From an uncultured Verrucomicrobiae bacterium (GTDB lineage Bacteria; Verrucomicrobiota; Verrucomicrobiia; Chthoniobacterales; JAFAMB01), in NCBI GenBank assembly GCA_963837955.1, contig CAWIPH010000002.1:4736001-4800000 (forward strand): a stretch of 64,000 nucleotides of DNA, given 5' to 3'. Shown piece after piece: positions 20,737 through 31,575 of the stretch. Each line of letters opens with the position of its first letter. Positions within the stretch are counted from its first letter, which is position 1. Position numbers and translations under genes: made by a program. The notes under the pieces are model-generated. The model did no database searches. It worked only from the letters and a program-made list of their open reading frames with translations, and was not told where the DNA came from.

Positions 20737-21486
20737 ATGAACTGGCTTCTTTTTCTGTCTCCACCATTTCTTGCTCAGGAAGCACAAGCAAGCCCCAGCC
20801 CTGGCGTCACACAGGAAACAGTATTGAAGCTACTGCAAGCCGGCGGCTGGGTAATGATTCCGCTGGTCCTAGCCTCGGTACTCACCCTTGCGCTGATTCT
20901 TGCCTGTATGGTCAGTCTACGACGGGGCAGTGTCGTTACCACCAGGTTTATGGAGACCGCAGAAGCGTTACTGAGAAAACGGGATTATCTTGGTTTGATT
21001 GCCGTGTCGAATCGGCACTCTACCGCAATCGCCAGGATCACTTCGCGCACGCTCGACTTTGCCACCAAACATCCTTCTGCATCTTCGACCGCAATTCGCG
21101 ATGTCGCTGAGACCGAAGGCGGGCGGGTCGCCGGTAGCCTCCAGCAACGCATCGTTTATTTGGCAGATATCGCCACGCTCTCTCCCATGTTGGGTCTTCT
21201 TGGGACGGTGGTCGGCATTATCAACTCGTTTGGCGTTTTGGCCGGCAATACTAGTCAACCACGGCAAACGCTTCTGGCTGGAGGTGTCGCCCAGGCCCTT
21301 GTGACCACCGCCGCCGGCTTGATTATCGGCATAATCGCTATGGCATTCTATTCTCTATTCAGAGGGAAAGTGTCTTCGATGATATCGGATCTAGAAGGTG
21401 CCACGACTCACATCCTCAACATCATCAGTTCTCAGCGCGCTCGCCGAAACGAGCCTTCGGGCGTTTTGGAAAACGATGATATTTGA
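20737..21486 (+). CDS. MotA/TolQ/ExbB proton-channel protein
   Basis: GGWVMIPL, PMLGLLGTV.GII.SF, GVAQALVTTAAGL. Confidence 0.92.
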   Translation: MNWLLFLSPPFLAQEAQASPSPGVTQETVLKLLQAGGWVMIPLVLASVLTLALILACMVSLRRGSVVTTRFMETAEALLRKRDYLGLIAVSNRHSTAIARITSRTLDFATKHPSASSTAIRDVAETEGGRVAGSLQQRIVYLADIATLSPMLGLLGTVVGIINSFGVLAGNTSQPRQTLLAGGVAQALVTTAAGLIIGIIAMAFYSLFRGKVSSMISDLEGATTHILNIISSQRARRNEPSGVLENDDI

Positions 21487-21491
21487 GTCCG

Positions 21492-21908
21492 ATGAATTTT
21501 CGTCGCCAGGCTGAACCACAAGTTTTCGGTTTCATGATCGCCCCGATGGTCGACATCCTGCTGGTCGTCCTCGTGTTTTTCATCGTTACTTGGAATTTCG
21601 CGCTCACGGAAAACGAACTAGACGTCCGCGTACCAAGCGCAACAAAGGCTAACGAGCCGCAGCCGTATGTCGGGCAGGTCGTTATCAATGTGAAATCGGA
21701 CGGCTCCATCGTGGTGAACCGGCAGCCGAAGACGGGCTCAGAGCTGTTGGATCAACTGAAGAAACTTTCTCAGCTGTATCCGGATCAGGCCGTTATCGTT
21801 CGAGGAGACGAAGCGGTAGACTACAAACACATAGTCGAAGTGCTCGACATTTGCAGGCAAGCCGACATTTGGAACGTCGCTTTTGCGACCGGAAAAACCG
21901 AGCAATGA
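21492..21908 (+). CDS. ExbD/TolR protein
   Basis: IAPMVDILLV.LVFFIV, VIVRGD. Confidence 0.92.
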   Translation: MNFRRQAEPQVFGFMIAPMVDILLVVLVFFIVTWNFALTENELDVRVPSATKANEPQPYVGQVVINVKSDGSIVVNRQPKTGSELLDQLKKLSQLYPDQAVIVRGDEAVDYKHIVEVLDICRQADIWNVAFATGKTEQ

Positions 21909-24475
21909 AGATTCGATGGATAGCCCCATGCATCGTTCTTTTAGCCGCCTCAGCGACTTCGCTCGCCCAGGAAGTTCGACGCGCAATACCGGCTACTCCG
22001 ACTCCGAGCCCAGCCGCTGTCCCCCGCGCGCTGCCAGTCAATCCTGCTACTCCCCAACCAACACTGAATCCGCAGTCGATTTTGAATCAAAGAATTCCGA
22101 CATCATCGGCGGAAAACAAGCGGGATTCTACCTCATCGGGAAGCGCGGCCGAGCCGGATGACGAAACCAAGAATCGGGTTGCCAACGATGAAATTCGTCT
22201 CGCTCCCAACGGTCCGGCGGAGGGACAGAATTCGGCGGACCCGGCCAAGGCGCAACTCGCCATCGCCGATGGTCTCTACGTCCGCAAACTCTACGATCTT
22301 GCGGCACCTGAGTACGAAAAATATTTGGGCCAATACCCGGGCGACTCTTCCCGGCCGTCTGCTATGTACCGGCTAGCGGATTGCTATTCGAAACTTGGTC
22401 AGGATGCTCCAGCGTTGAGCACTTATCGGCTACTGATCACCGAGATCGGCAATGGAGAATTTGTTGGCAGCGCAGCATTTCGCCTGGCCTCTCGTGCTTT
22501 CGACCAGAAAGACTTTCAAGACGCTGCGCCACTCTACGCAAAGGCGTATGAGAATGCGAAGTCCTCCGAGGTAAAGATTACGGCTCGGTACTACCAAGGA
22601 AAATGCCTGGAGCTGACAAACAAGAAAACCGAGGCTAAATCGGCGTACGACGAGGTGGCACGGACGAGAGAAAATAATCCTTACCGGGACGCCGCGCGTC
22701 TCTCGGTCGCCTACTTTGCGCTGGAGAGCAACCAAAAGGAACAAGCTCTCGATCTGTTTGAAAACCTCGCGAGCGATGCAACTAAGCCGGTCGTAAAAGC
22801 GGAAGCGATGACCCGAGCGGGGATTCTCGCCGAAGATCTAAAGAAGCGGGATCGCGCGGAGCAGCTGTTCAAATCGACGATTGCACTCAATGCGGAAGGC
22901 AAATGGAAACAGATCGCTCAACTCGAGCTAATGAAGCTTGAATATGATGGCGACAAATTTTCTCAGATCCTTGATTCATATGCAAAAAATCTCAACGCGT
23001 TGGGAGACGAGACCAAGCCGGGGGTTTTGCTGATTGTCGCTAATTCTTATCGCCAGATCGGCAAACACCAGAAGGCGCTCGAAATTTATAATCAGCTTAT
23101 TCGCCAATATTCTGCCACTGCAGAAGCGACGGATGCGAGGTACCAACGGTTGCTCGCTCTCGACCAACTACGCGACCCGAGCTTGGCCAAGGAGGTCGAC
23201 ACTTTTCTCGCGACGGGCCCGACTCGGGATCGCGCGGACAAGGCGAAATTGCTCAAGGCGCAGGCGCTCGTCCAACAGAACGAATTCGGCTTGGGCGCGA
23301 AGCTTTATTTGGAGCTCATTAACTCGTCATTGCCAGACGGCTACAAAGCAGATTGTTACTACGCGGCCGGCTACGCTTTCAGCCAGGTACAGGACAGGGA
23401 GCGCGCCATCCAGGCTTTCTCCGGATTAATCGAACATTTTCCAACTTATAAGAACGTCTCAAAAGCGTTGCTCAAGCGGGCGCTACTTTACCAGGAAGCG
23501 AAAAACTACCACGCCGCGCTGCAAGACTTTTCAACGATCATCGAAAGTTACGGCAACTCGGACGAACGAGAAACCGCGTTGCTGCAGAAGGGTCTTACGC
23601 TAGGACAGCAGGGCGAATACGCGGAAATGAATGATGCTTTCCAGCAGCTGCTGAAAGAATTCCCCAATGGCGCCGGTGCCGCTCAGGCAGACTACTGGAT
23701 CGGATGGACGGCTTTCGACCAAAAACGGTATGCCGATGCAATTGCTCCGTTGATCGACGCCCGAAAGCACAATCCCAGCGAGTACGACGAAAAAGTCAGT
23801 TTGCGGCTAATCTATTGTTATCAGACGCTGAACCAGCCTGCCAACGCCGCCCAAGAGGTTGATGCTTTAGTAAAGAATGATCCTAAAAGGATCTCTCTCG
23901 TGATCGATGCCTGTCGTTGGCTAGGCGGCGTATTCTACGATGCCAAGCAGTACGCAGATGCGGCCAAATATCTTGTCCTGATCACAAAAAATCTGGATAA
24001 AACCGCCTTTGACAAGGTGGCTTGGCTGACGCTAGCCAATGCCCAGAACCAACTACAAGCTTTCCCCCAAGCAATTACCTCCGCGAACAGTTATTTGGAG
24101 CAAGCGACTGACCCGACCGACCGGGCCCACGGCTTTATCGCCTTATCGTCGGCCGAACTTGGAGCAAAACAATTCGACGACGCAACCAGGGCGGCAGAAC
24201 AGGCATTAAATCTGCAACCGGAAGGTCGTCTGAATGCGGAAGCGCGCATGTGCGTGGGTGAGATTGAATTTGCTCGGGGCAATTACGAAAATGCGGCCAA
24301 ATCGTACCTGAGCGTTGCGGTTTTATACGAAGACCCAGAGGTAACGCCGAAAGCGTTGGAGAGGGCTTACCAGGCTTTTCAGCAGGCCGGAAACCAAGAC
24401 CAAGCGAGCAAGACTTTGTCCGAGCTGAAGACGCGGTTTCCAAATTATTTGACAAAACCTCCGACCGCAGGTTGA
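21905..24475 (+). CDS. Large exported tetratricopeptide-repeat protein (CpoB/YbgF-like repeats)
   Basis: Signal peptide, P/S-rich linker, many TPR helices ending in YP/FP turns. Confidence 0.85.
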   Translation: MKIRWIAPCIVLLAASATSLAQEVRRAIPATPTPSPAAVPRALPVNPATPQPTLNPQSILNQRIPTSSAENKRDSTSSGSAAEPDDETKNRVANDEIRLAPNGPAEGQNSADPAKAQLAIADGLYVRKLYDLAAPEYEKYLGQYPGDSSRPSAMYRLADCYSKLGQDAPALSTYRLLITEIGNGEFVGSAAFRLASRAFDQKDFQDAAPLYAKAYENAKSSEVKITARYYQGKCLELTNKKTEAKSAYDEVARTRENNPYRDAARLSVAYFALESNQKEQALDLFENLASDATKPVVKAEAMTRAGILAEDLKKRDRAEQLFKSTIALNAEGKWKQIAQLELMKLEYDGDKFSQILDSYAKNLNALGDETKPGVLLIVANSYRQIGKHQKALEIYNQLIRQYSATAEATDARYQRLLALDQLRDPSLAKEVDTFLATGPTRDRADKAKLLKAQALVQQNEFGLGAKLYLELINSSLPDGYKADCYYAAGYAFSQVQDRERAIQAFSGLIEHFPTYKNVSKALLKRALLYQEAKNYHAALQDFSTIIESYGNSDERETALLQKGLTLGQQGEYAEMNDAFQQLLKEFPNGAGAAQADYWIGWTAFDQKRYADAIAPLIDARKHNPSEYDEKVSLRLIYCYQTLNQPANAAQEVDALVKNDPKRISLVIDACRWLGGVFYDAKQYADAAKYLVLITKNLDKTAFDKVAWLTLANAQNQLQAFPQAITSANSYLEQATDPTDRAHGFIALSSAELGAKQFDDATRAAEQALNLQPEGRLNAEARMCVGEIEFARGNYENAAKSYLSVAVLYEDPEVTPKALERAYQAFQQAGNQDQASKTLSELKTRFPNYLTKPPTAG

Positions 24476-24684
24476 GGCGCGACAAACCCTCAATCAGAGC
24501 CCCATATGGGTGAGACGCCGGTCCGACACCTGCCCATGCGCGTCAACCTAAAGCGATATTTGGTTCTCTGGCCGAAGGGATGCTAGAACTCAGCAGCAGT
24601 CTTGTGCAGAGGCTTAACCAGCCTATCTTACTTTGTCGCTAGGAAACACCGAGTGATGCGCCGGAAACTCGATACTCGTACACT

Positions 24685-25800
24685 ATGACTTTTGCCACGC
24701 TGCTGAAGAACCCTTCCCGTCCTCAAAGCCGGGTTCTGACTGAGTTCTCACAACGATTGGAACCAATCGATGATGCTGGTCTATCCGACATGGCTCGGCA
24801 ATCACAGACTATCAGCAGACGATTTTTCGGCCGCACGATGCGACTCTTCGCTCCACTCTATTTCTCGAACGAATGCATCAACAACTGCGTGTACTGCGGA
24901 TTTTCGCGGGATAATCGAGTCCTTCGCACCACCCTCACACTCGACCAAGTCGAGGTAGAGGCCCGCTATTTGGCCGATCGCGGATTTCGCAGTCTGCTAC
25001 TTGTTTCTGGCGAACATCCGAAGTTTATCCCTAATCTTTACCTCCAACATGTCGTTCAACGAGTGAGCCAAGTCGTGCCGTCAATTGCCCTCGAGATCGC
25101 GCCACTCAAGGTGGAAGACTACCGCCCGCTCGTTCAAGCCGGCGCCGAAGCGCTCGTGGTCTACCAAGAAACATACGATCGGGATATGTATGCGACGCTG
25201 CACACCGCCGGACCGAAACGCGATTTTGACTGGCGCGTCGAATGCCCGGAACGCGCGTACGAGGCTGGTTTTCGGCGTATTGGTATTGGCGCGCTATTCG
25301 GATTATCGGATTGGAGACTGGAGGCTCTCAGGTTAGCGGAGCACGCCGAGTATTTGCTGCGGCGCTGCTGGCGAGCTCAGGTCACCATTGCCCTTCCACG
25401 ATTGCGACCTGCAGCCGGAGGTTTCGCGCCGAAAGTGAAGTTATCCGATCGCGATCTTATTCAGCTGCTCTGCGCATTCCGAATTAGTTTTCCCCAGATC
25501 GGCATCGTTTTGAGCACCCGAGAACCAGCCGCCCTCCGCGATCTACTCATGAATCTTGGAGTTACCACCATGAGCGCTGGGAGCTGCACTGCACCAGGTG
25601 GCTACACCGGCCAAGGTCGTACCTCCCTCCACTACACGGTGCGCGGAAAGTTTAGCGAAGCCGAAGGTTGCTCCAACGGAGCAGAACCGCAATTCGCCAT
25701 CGACGACCAGCGCACCCCAAATCAAGTCGCGGAAGCGATCTCGCGCCTTGGCCTTGAACCCGTTTGGAAAGATTGGGATACCGCGATCGTCAAAGGATGA
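24685..25800 (+). CDS. thiH: 2-iminoacetate synthase (radical SAM)
   Basis: FAPLY.SNECINNCVYCGF (CxxxCxxC), YQETY, GIGALFGL, LSTRE, SAGS.T.PGGY, QF.I.D.R, PVWKDWD. Confidence 0.93.
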   Translation: MTFATLLKNPSRPQSRVLTEFSQRLEPIDDAGLSDMARQSQTISRRFFGRTMRLFAPLYFSNECINNCVYCGFSRDNRVLRTTLTLDQVEVEARYLADRGFRSLLLVSGEHPKFIPNLYLQHVVQRVSQVVPSIALEIAPLKVEDYRPLVQAGAEALVVYQETYDRDMYATLHTAGPKRDFDWRVECPERAYEAGFRRIGIGALFGLSDWRLEALRLAEHAEYLLRRCWRAQVTIALPRLRPAAGGFAPKVKLSDRDLIQLLCAFRISFPQIGIVLSTREPAALRDLLMNLGVTTMSAGSCTAPGGYTGQGRTSLHYTVRGKFSEAEGCSNGAEPQFAIDDQRTPNQVAEAISRLGLEPVWKDWDTAIVKG

Positions 25801-25997
25801 AGGTTGTCATCAACGGTAACTTGCGGGAGGTCGGCTCGGTGCGGACCATTGCCGATTTGCTCGACACATTACGTATCTCGGCAAGTGCGGTACTCATTGA
25901 ACAAAATGGGGATGTAATCGCGCGAAACGATTTTCAAGAAGCAGCGGTGAATGATGGAGATGCGATTGAAATCGTCCAAATGGTGGCAGGAGGCTAG
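25797..25997 (+). CDS. thiS: Sulfur carrier protein
   Basis: 66 aa ubiquitin-like, ends EIVQMVAGG; start overlaps the thiH stop. Confidence 0.92.
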   Translation: MKVVINGNLREVGSVRTIADLLDTLRISASAVLIEQNGDVIARNDFQEAAVNDGDAIEIVQMVAGG

Positions 25998-26089
25998 CTG
26001 CGCTCGGGCCGAAGAATTAATCGGTTGGACGCTGACGCTGCCAGCGATCTATTCTTCTTCGGTCTCCGGAGTAATTGACAAGATTTTCT

Positions 26090-27898
26090 ATGCCGCGCAT
26101 CTCGCCAGAGACGATTGAGCAGGTTACAGCTGCGTTAAATATCGTTGATGTCATCGGCAGTTATTTTCCCCTTCGACGCGCTGGTACTGAATTTCGCGCT
26201 CTCTGCCCATTCCATCAGGAAAAGACTCCCTCCTTTTACGTAAACCCGGATAAGCAGACGTTTTACTGTTTTGGCTGTCAACGCGGGGGATCACTCATTC
26301 AATTTGTTGAGGAATACGAACATGTTGACTTTCCTGAGGCGGTCCGGCGATTGGCCGCGCGCGCCGGCATTGCCATCCAGCAGGAAGAGTTCAGCGCAGA
26401 AGAAGAAGAGAAACAGAGTCTGCGCAAACGCTTGCTCAGGCTACATTTCGAAGCCGCCGACTGGCTTCATCGCAATCTTTTGAGAACACGAGCCGCCGAG
26501 GCTGCGCGCGCCTATCTAAGCCAACGCGGCCTAAACATCGATATCGCTAAACGCTGGCAAATTGGCTATGCACCTGATTCGTGGACAGCACTCGCCGACT
26601 GGGGACAGACCAGCGGCTTTTCCAGAGAAGAGCTTATCAGTAGCGGATTGGTAAAACTCAAAGATGAAAAGAGTCCGCGGTCGAGAATATATGATCGCTT
26701 TCGTCATCGGTTGATGTTTCCAATCTCAAACGACCTCGGCGAGATCATCGCCTTCAGTGGTCGTCAGATTGATCCAAACGCCACCGGTGGCAAGTACGTC
26801 AATTCCCCGGAGTCGCCCCTCTTTTCGAAAGGGAACGTCCTATTTGGATTGAGCAAATCGAAACGGTCTATCGCCCGGACCCGCCAGGCAATCGTGCTCG
26901 AGGGCCAAATCGACCTGATTACGACCTTCGAGGCGGGGATCGAAAACGTGGTGGCTCCGCAAGGAACAGCGCTTACCGAACGCCACGCTACCCTGCTTAA
27001 GCGTTTCGCCGAAGAAATCGTTCTTTTCTTCGATGCGGACGCGGCCGGCGAGCGGGCAGCAGAGCGGGCGCTGGAGATCCTTTTTGGAGTCGGCCTACAA
27101 GTCAGAATCGGTGTGCTACCCGGCGGCGAGGATCCCGATTCGCTCATACGCAAAGGGGGGGTGGAGAATTTTCGAACTCTCATCGCGGAGGCCAAAGATT
27201 TTTTTGATTTCGAAATTGAGCGCGGTCTGGGAGCCTCGGCGGACCAATCCGTAGCGCTCCGCGTAGCTCTTGCCCGGCGCGTCACGCAATTTGCAGGATT
27301 GGTCCCGGATCCGGTCGTTCGGGATACGATGATGAACCGACTTGCTTCCCGTTTGGGGTTACCACGCGAATCGCTGGAACAGGTGGCTGCGCAACAGCGC
27401 CGAAATCAGTCTGCCCGCGATCTCTCCCCTGATCTGGCAGCGAACAGAATGGCCCCGCCTCGGCACGAAATCGCTGTGCTTTGCAATTTGGTCCTGACCG
27501 ATCAGAAGCTGGTTGAATGGGTTCGTGACCAGCCTTGGCGAGCTGTGCTGGAGCCAATCAGCGGAACTGAATTGCTCCAAAAAATCCTCGGATCGGCAGC
27601 GCAGCCGGAAATTCCCAGCTCTATTGCCACTTTTCTTGCCGGTTTGGAGAAAGCCGAGGCGGCTGCCCTATCCCAGATCTTGACCCTCAAGCCAATCGAT
27701 GAATCGGTGCGCTCGATATTTTGGAAAGAGTTCGCGCTTCGCGAATTGCGATCACGTAGACAGCGCCTGGAAAGCGTCCTCAGACTAAGCGAAGCTTCGG
27801 GCAACGAGGATCCTAAGAGGTTGGCCGAAATCAAAGAAGTCCTTGACCTCGAAAGTCACATCACTCATATTTCGCGACTTTCGAGCCGGGCGTCTTGA
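26090..27898 (+). CDS. dnaG: DNA primase
   Basis: CPFH.EKTPSF..CFGC zinc ribbon, DRFR.R.MFPI, KY.NSPE, EG.ID, FDAD.AG, EDPD. Confidence 0.96.
   Translation: MPRISPETIEQVTAALNIVDVIGSYFPLRRAGTEFRALCPFHQEKTPSFYVNPDKQTFYCFGCQRGGSLIQFVEEYEHVDFPEAVRRLAARAGIAIQQEEFSAEEEEKQSLRKRLLRLHFEAADWLHRNLLRTRAAEAARAYLSQRGLNIDIAKRWQIGYAPDSWTALADWGQTSGFSREELISSGLVKLKDEKSPRSRIYDRFRHRLMFPISNDLGEIIAFSGRQIDPNATGGKYVNSPESPLFSKGNVLFGLSKSKRSIARTRQAIVLEGQIDLITTFEAGIENVVAPQGTALTERHATLLKRFAEEIVLFFDADAAGERAAERALEILFGVGLQVRIGVLPGGEDPDSLIRKGGVENFRTLIAEAKDFFDFEIERGLGASADQSVALRVALARRVTQFAGLVPDPVVRDTMMNRLASRLGLPRESLEQVAAQQRRNQSARDLSPDLAANRMAPPRHEIAVLCNLVLTDQKLVEWVRDQPWRAVLEPISGTELLQKILGSAAQPEIPSSIATFLAGLEKAEAAALSQILTLKPIDESVRSIFWKEFALRELRSRRQRLESVLRLSEASGNEDPKRLAEIKEVLDLESHITHISRLSSRAS
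27843..27871 (+). promoter_or_regulatory. Possible sigma70 promoter for rpoD inside the dnaG 3' end
   Basis: TTGACC-N17-CATATT. Confidence 0.35.
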
Positions 27899-27969
27899 GT
27901 TGTGTTAACCCATCGTCTCATAGACAGTCACTTACCGACGGATAGGATCAAGTTTGATCGAACGTGGAT

Positions 27970-29829
27970 ATGCCAAAGGTGACTACCTCCAAAGCAAAAA
28001 AGGCGCAGGCCGCAAAATCGAGAACAGCGGCGGACGCTCCGAAACGCAAACGAGCGGCTCTCAGCTCACCCAAGGTTAACAAAACGAATCTCCCTTTGAA
28101 CAAGAACAAGACCGAAAAATCTGGGATTCCATCTCCGCCTGAGCGAGCGATCGCGGAGACCGGAGTAAATGGAGCCCTTCCGCTCAATGGCCGGGTGCCC
28201 CAGTCTGATTCGGGATTCGATTTGCAAGAGCGGCTCCGCGAACTCGTCAAGCTGGCCAAGGAACAAGGCTACCTCACTTACGACGACATCAATGAAGCGC
28301 TTCCCGAAGGGATGGCAGACCCGGACGAGATGGAGCAGATTCTTGGGCGGCTCCGCTCGATGGAAGTGGAGATTATCGATGCGTCTGAGGTCGATCGTTT
28401 CAAAGACGGCAAGAAAGACCTCGACGATGAGGACGACGAAAAAGATCAGAAACTCGACATCCTGGATGATCCGGTTCGGATGTACCTCAAGCAGATGGGT
28501 CAGGTACCCCTATTGACTCGGGAGCAAGAGGTCGAAATCTCCAAGCGCATCGAAGATGCGGAACTGATGGTTCAGAAGTTTATCACGCGATTTGGATTTA
28601 TTGCTCGCGCGCATCTGGATCTTGCGCAGAAGTTGATTGAAGGGCGGGAACGGTTCGATCGCGTCATCCTGGACAAGAAGATCGAGAGCCGCGAGCGCTA
28701 CATGAAGGCGTTACCTAAGCTCTGTGCCCAGGTCGAACGGGCAGGCGAGGATGCCCAATCGCTCTATCGGAATTGGATGTCAGCACGTGGGACTACCAAA
28801 GAGAATACGTCCCGGACCGAATTTCAGCGGTCGCACAGCGCGTTGATGAAGCTTTATCCGCGATTTTACTTCAAACAAAAGGTCACCGAAGAGTTTGTTC
28901 AATTGGCTGACGACCAGCAGCGCCTTTTTTCAAATCTCCACGCCGAAATCGCGCGAGCCGAGCACGCCGGAACGACAGCAAAAGACAGGCTGGCCCAATA
29001 TAGGAACCGGCTTCGGGAGATGGAATGCAACGCTTGGCAGCGTTCCGAAGAATTCCTGGAGCAGTACCGCGAGCTCAAAGGTTGGCTTCGGAAGGCGTTG
29101 AAGGCGAAGACAGAGATGGTCGAAGCCAATCTCCGTTTGGTTATTTCCATCGCCAAGAAATACACGAACCGGGGCCTTTCGTTTCTCGATCTTATTCAAG
29201 AAGGCAACATGGGCCTCATGAAGGCGGTGGAGAAATTCGAATATCGCCGTGGTTACAAGTTTTCCACCTATGCGACTTGGTGGATTCGCCAAGCAATCAC
29301 TCGTTCGATTGCTGACCAGGCGCGAACGATCCGTATCCCGGTCCACATGATTGAGACCATCAATAAACTGATGCGGGTCCAAAAGCAGCTCGTTCAGGAG
29401 TATGGTCGGGAACCGACGCCGGAAGAGGTATCGGAAGAGATTCAACTGCCGGTCGAGCGAGTACGAGCTGTCCTTAAGATGGCGCAACAGCCGATTTCGC
29501 TACAGTCGCCGGTTGGCGACAGCGACGACACTAGTTTCGGTGACTTTATCGAGGACAAAGGAGCCGATAATCCAAGCGATATGACGGCGATCGTTCTGCT
29601 TCGAGAGAAGATACGCGATGTGCTAGATACGCTCACTGAACGGGAGCGGCAAGTTCTCGAGCAGCGCTTTGGACTGGTCGATGGCTACAGCCGTACTCTG
29701 GAAGAAGTGGGTCGTCAATTTAAGGTCACACGCGAGCGCATCCGTCAGATCGAGGCTAAAGCCCTTCGGAAGATGCGCCATCCCACCAGAATTCGGCAGC
29801 TGGAAGGCTTTCTCGAAGCCGGCGAATAA
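27970..29829 (+). CDS. rpoD: Primary sigma factor
   Basis: [63 protein letters not shown]. Confidence 0.97.
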   Translation: MPKVTTSKAKKAQAAKSRTAADAPKRKRAALSSPKVNKTNLPLNKNKTEKSGIPSPPERAIAETGVNGALPLNGRVPQSDSGFDLQERLRELVKLAKEQGYLTYDDINEALPEGMADPDEMEQILGRLRSMEVEIIDASEVDRFKDGKKDLDDEDDEKDQKLDILDDPVRMYLKQMGQVPLLTREQEVEISKRIEDAELMVQKFITRFGFIARAHLDLAQKLIEGRERFDRVILDKKIESRERYMKALPKLCAQVERAGEDAQSLYRNWMSARGTTKENTSRTEFQRSHSALMKLYPRFYFKQKVTEEFVQLADDQQRLFSNLHAEIARAEHAGTTAKDRLAQYRNRLREMECNAWQRSEEFLEQYRELKGWLRKALKAKTEMVEANLRLVISIAKKYTNRGLSFLDLIQEGNMGLMKAVEKFEYRRGYKFSTYATWWIRQAITRSIADQARTIRIPVHMIETINKLMRVQKQLVQEYGREPTPEEVSEEIQLPVERVRAVLKMAQQPISLQSPVGDSDDTSFGDFIEDKGADNPSDMTAIVLLREKIRDVLDTLTERERQVLEQRFGLVDGYSRTLEEVGRQFKVTRERIRQIEAKALRKMRHPTRIRQLEGFLEAGE

Positions 29830-29846
29830 GTTGCGTCTCAGGCACC

Positions 29847-29869
29847 GCGAGTGCGTCCCACTCGCTTTT
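29847..29869 (+). terminator. Intrinsic terminator of dnaG-rpoD
   Basis: GCGAGTG-cgtcc-CACTCGC-TTTT. Confidence 0.7.
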
Positions 29870-29959
29870 GAACGGCTCGAGCTTTTTGTTTACTAAAAGC
29901 GGAAATAGCGTTCTCTTACCCAATTGCCTAGAAACCTGGCGCTTGAAGCGAAGCGCGAC

Positions 29960-29987
29960 GAAACTTTCTCGGCCAAGCTGGGTTCAA
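29960..29987 (+). promoter_or_regulatory. Possible ECF-sigma promoter
   Basis: GAAACT-N16-GTTCAA, 9 nt before the ATG at 29997. Confidence 0.35.
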
Positions 29988-29996
29988 TGTTGGAAG

Positions 29997-30341
29997 ATGA
30001 AGGATCAAGAAAACGACGATCTGTGGGAGCTGCTGGGAAAAGCCAAGAGATCAGTCCCTTCTCCCTTCTTTGCAACAAAGGTGGTGGCTGCCGCACGACG
30101 AGCCGACGAGAAGCGAAGATCGCTTTGGCGTAATTGGCTACGGTACGGGCTTCCAGGCGCTCTGGCTGGCGCGATGGCTGTTTTCCTGGCTCATTTTTCA
30201 CTCTCTTCGCATCAGGCGGCGGATCTTCCGCCGGTCGTGGTTGCTCAAACTGAGCCGGGTGATCTTGAGGTAATCGCCGATCTCGACGTTGTATTGTCGT
30301 CTGAAGAGTCCTCAGTATGGCTCGATTCTTCGGCGCACTAA
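29997..30341 (+). CDS. Single-pass membrane protein, anti-sigma-factor-like
   Basis: DDLWELLGKA..PSPFFA.KV N-terminus, TM helix, acidic tail. Confidence 0.6.
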   Translation: MKDQENDDLWELLGKAKRSVPSPFFATKVVAAARRADEKRRSLWRNWLRYGLPGALAGAMAVFLAHFSLSSHQAADLPPVVVAQTEPGDLEVIADLDVVLSSEESSVWLDSSAH

Positions 30342-30784
30342 TCTTTCTGATCGCAGTAACCGCGAGCGGATACGGACAAACCCCGGCCGCTAGCGCCCAG
30401 CCGTCTGCTTCCGCCAAATTGGAAGACCTGCGCCGGTCAATCGAACAATTAACGCCAGACCAACAACAAAAGGTCCTGCAGAATCTTCATCGGTGGTTGG
30501 CTTTAAGCCCGGACGAACGGGACGTGCTTCGGCAAAGACAACGCGTGCGACAGCAGAAAGAGGAAGAATCGGTGGCTGAGGCCTATCAAAAGTCGGGGTT
30601 GCATCTGAACGAAGACCAGCGCGAGAAATTTCATAAACTTTATCTGCAAGAGCGCAGAAAGCTGGAGGAACAGCTCGCGAAAGAAACTCAAGAAAAGCGT
30701 CAGAAAGGCGAATTGGCGATCATTGAACAATTGAAGAAAGAATTCACAGCGTCGCCGAGCGCCTCTGCTACCCCCGCGCGCTAG
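30317..30784 (+). CDS. Exported helical protein (DUF3106/Spy-like)
   Basis: Signal peptide, LTPDQQQKV..W.ALSPDER repeats. Confidence 0.6.
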   Translation: MARFFGALIFLIAVTASGYGQTPAASAQPSASAKLEDLRRSIEQLTPDQQQKVLQNLHRWLALSPDERDVLRQRQRVRQQKEEESVAEAYQKSGLHLNEDQREKFHKLYLQERRKLEEQLAKETQEKRQKGELAIIEQLKKEFTASPSASATPAR

Positions 30785-31490
30785 GAACGCCCGTTCGACG
30801 GCCATGGAAGTTGGTGTCGGAACGGTATTTCGCTAAGATTCGGACGTAGCGCAGCGTATCTCGCATTGGTTTAATCTTGCTCCGTTCATCCCGATAGATG
30901 GTTCGAATCGGCACGAACTCGATCTGAAATCCATTTCGAGCAGCCAACAAAAGATTCTCAGTTTCAAAGGCAAATCCGTCGCTCGATTCGTGCAGCAGCG
31001 GGAGTAATTCATATCGCGCCATTCGGTAGCCGCACTGGCTATCCGGAAGATCTCGACGGCACAGCCTGCCGATCTGCCAGGACATGAACTTGTTCGTCCA
31101 TCGACGAATCATCGGCATTGTCGCGACATTGCACATCCGGTTTCCTACAACGAGGTGCGCCTGCGTCGCTGAAGCTTGAGTCAAAAATTTGGGAATTTCG
31201 GCTGGATCGTGTTGGCCGTCACCGTCCATGAAAAGAAAGAAGTTGAAACCATCCGCCGCCCTAGCCAGTCCTGTCTTAATTGCCGCACCTTTGCCCAAAT
31301 TCTTTGGGTGAAGGATCACTTCAGCACCCGCCTCTCGGGCAACTTCTGCCGTTTGATCGGGCGAATGGTCATCAACCACAATGACATGGCCGATGTGCTC
31401 GAGAACCCCGCGCACCACCGTTCCGATAAACCGCGCTTCCCCGAAAGCGGGAATAATCGCGCAAACGGTCTCCCTGGTCGCTTGAATCAT
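30768..31490 (-). CDS. GT2 glycosyltransferase (DPM1-like)
   Basis: IIPAF.E, VVDD.S.D.T, N.GKG, MDGDGQH, DSQCGYR. Confidence 0.9.
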   Translation of the reverse strand: MIQATRETVCAIIPAFGEARFIGTVVRGVLEHIGHVIVVDDHSPDQTAEVAREAGAEVILHPKNLGKGAAIKTGLARAADGFNFFLFMDGDGQHDPAEIPKFLTQASATQAHLVVGNRMCNVATMPMIRRWTNKFMSWQIGRLCRRDLPDSQCGYRMARYELLPLLHESSDGFAFETENLLLAARNGFQIEFVPIRTIYRDERSKIKPMRDTLRYVRILAKYRSDTNFHGRRTGVPSARG

Positions 31491-31575
31491 GAATCAAGGG
31501 GCAGCTAGCCACTGTCCCGTCTGCGGAATAACAGAGGTTTCGCCGCCGCTCATTTTAGTCGCAACAAAAGCCATA

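Noticed and set aside
24476..24684. TPP riboswitch upstream of thiH-thiS
   Set aside because: No CTGAGA plus ACCTGA..TAAT..CGTAGG core with the right layout; only an isolated TGAGA.
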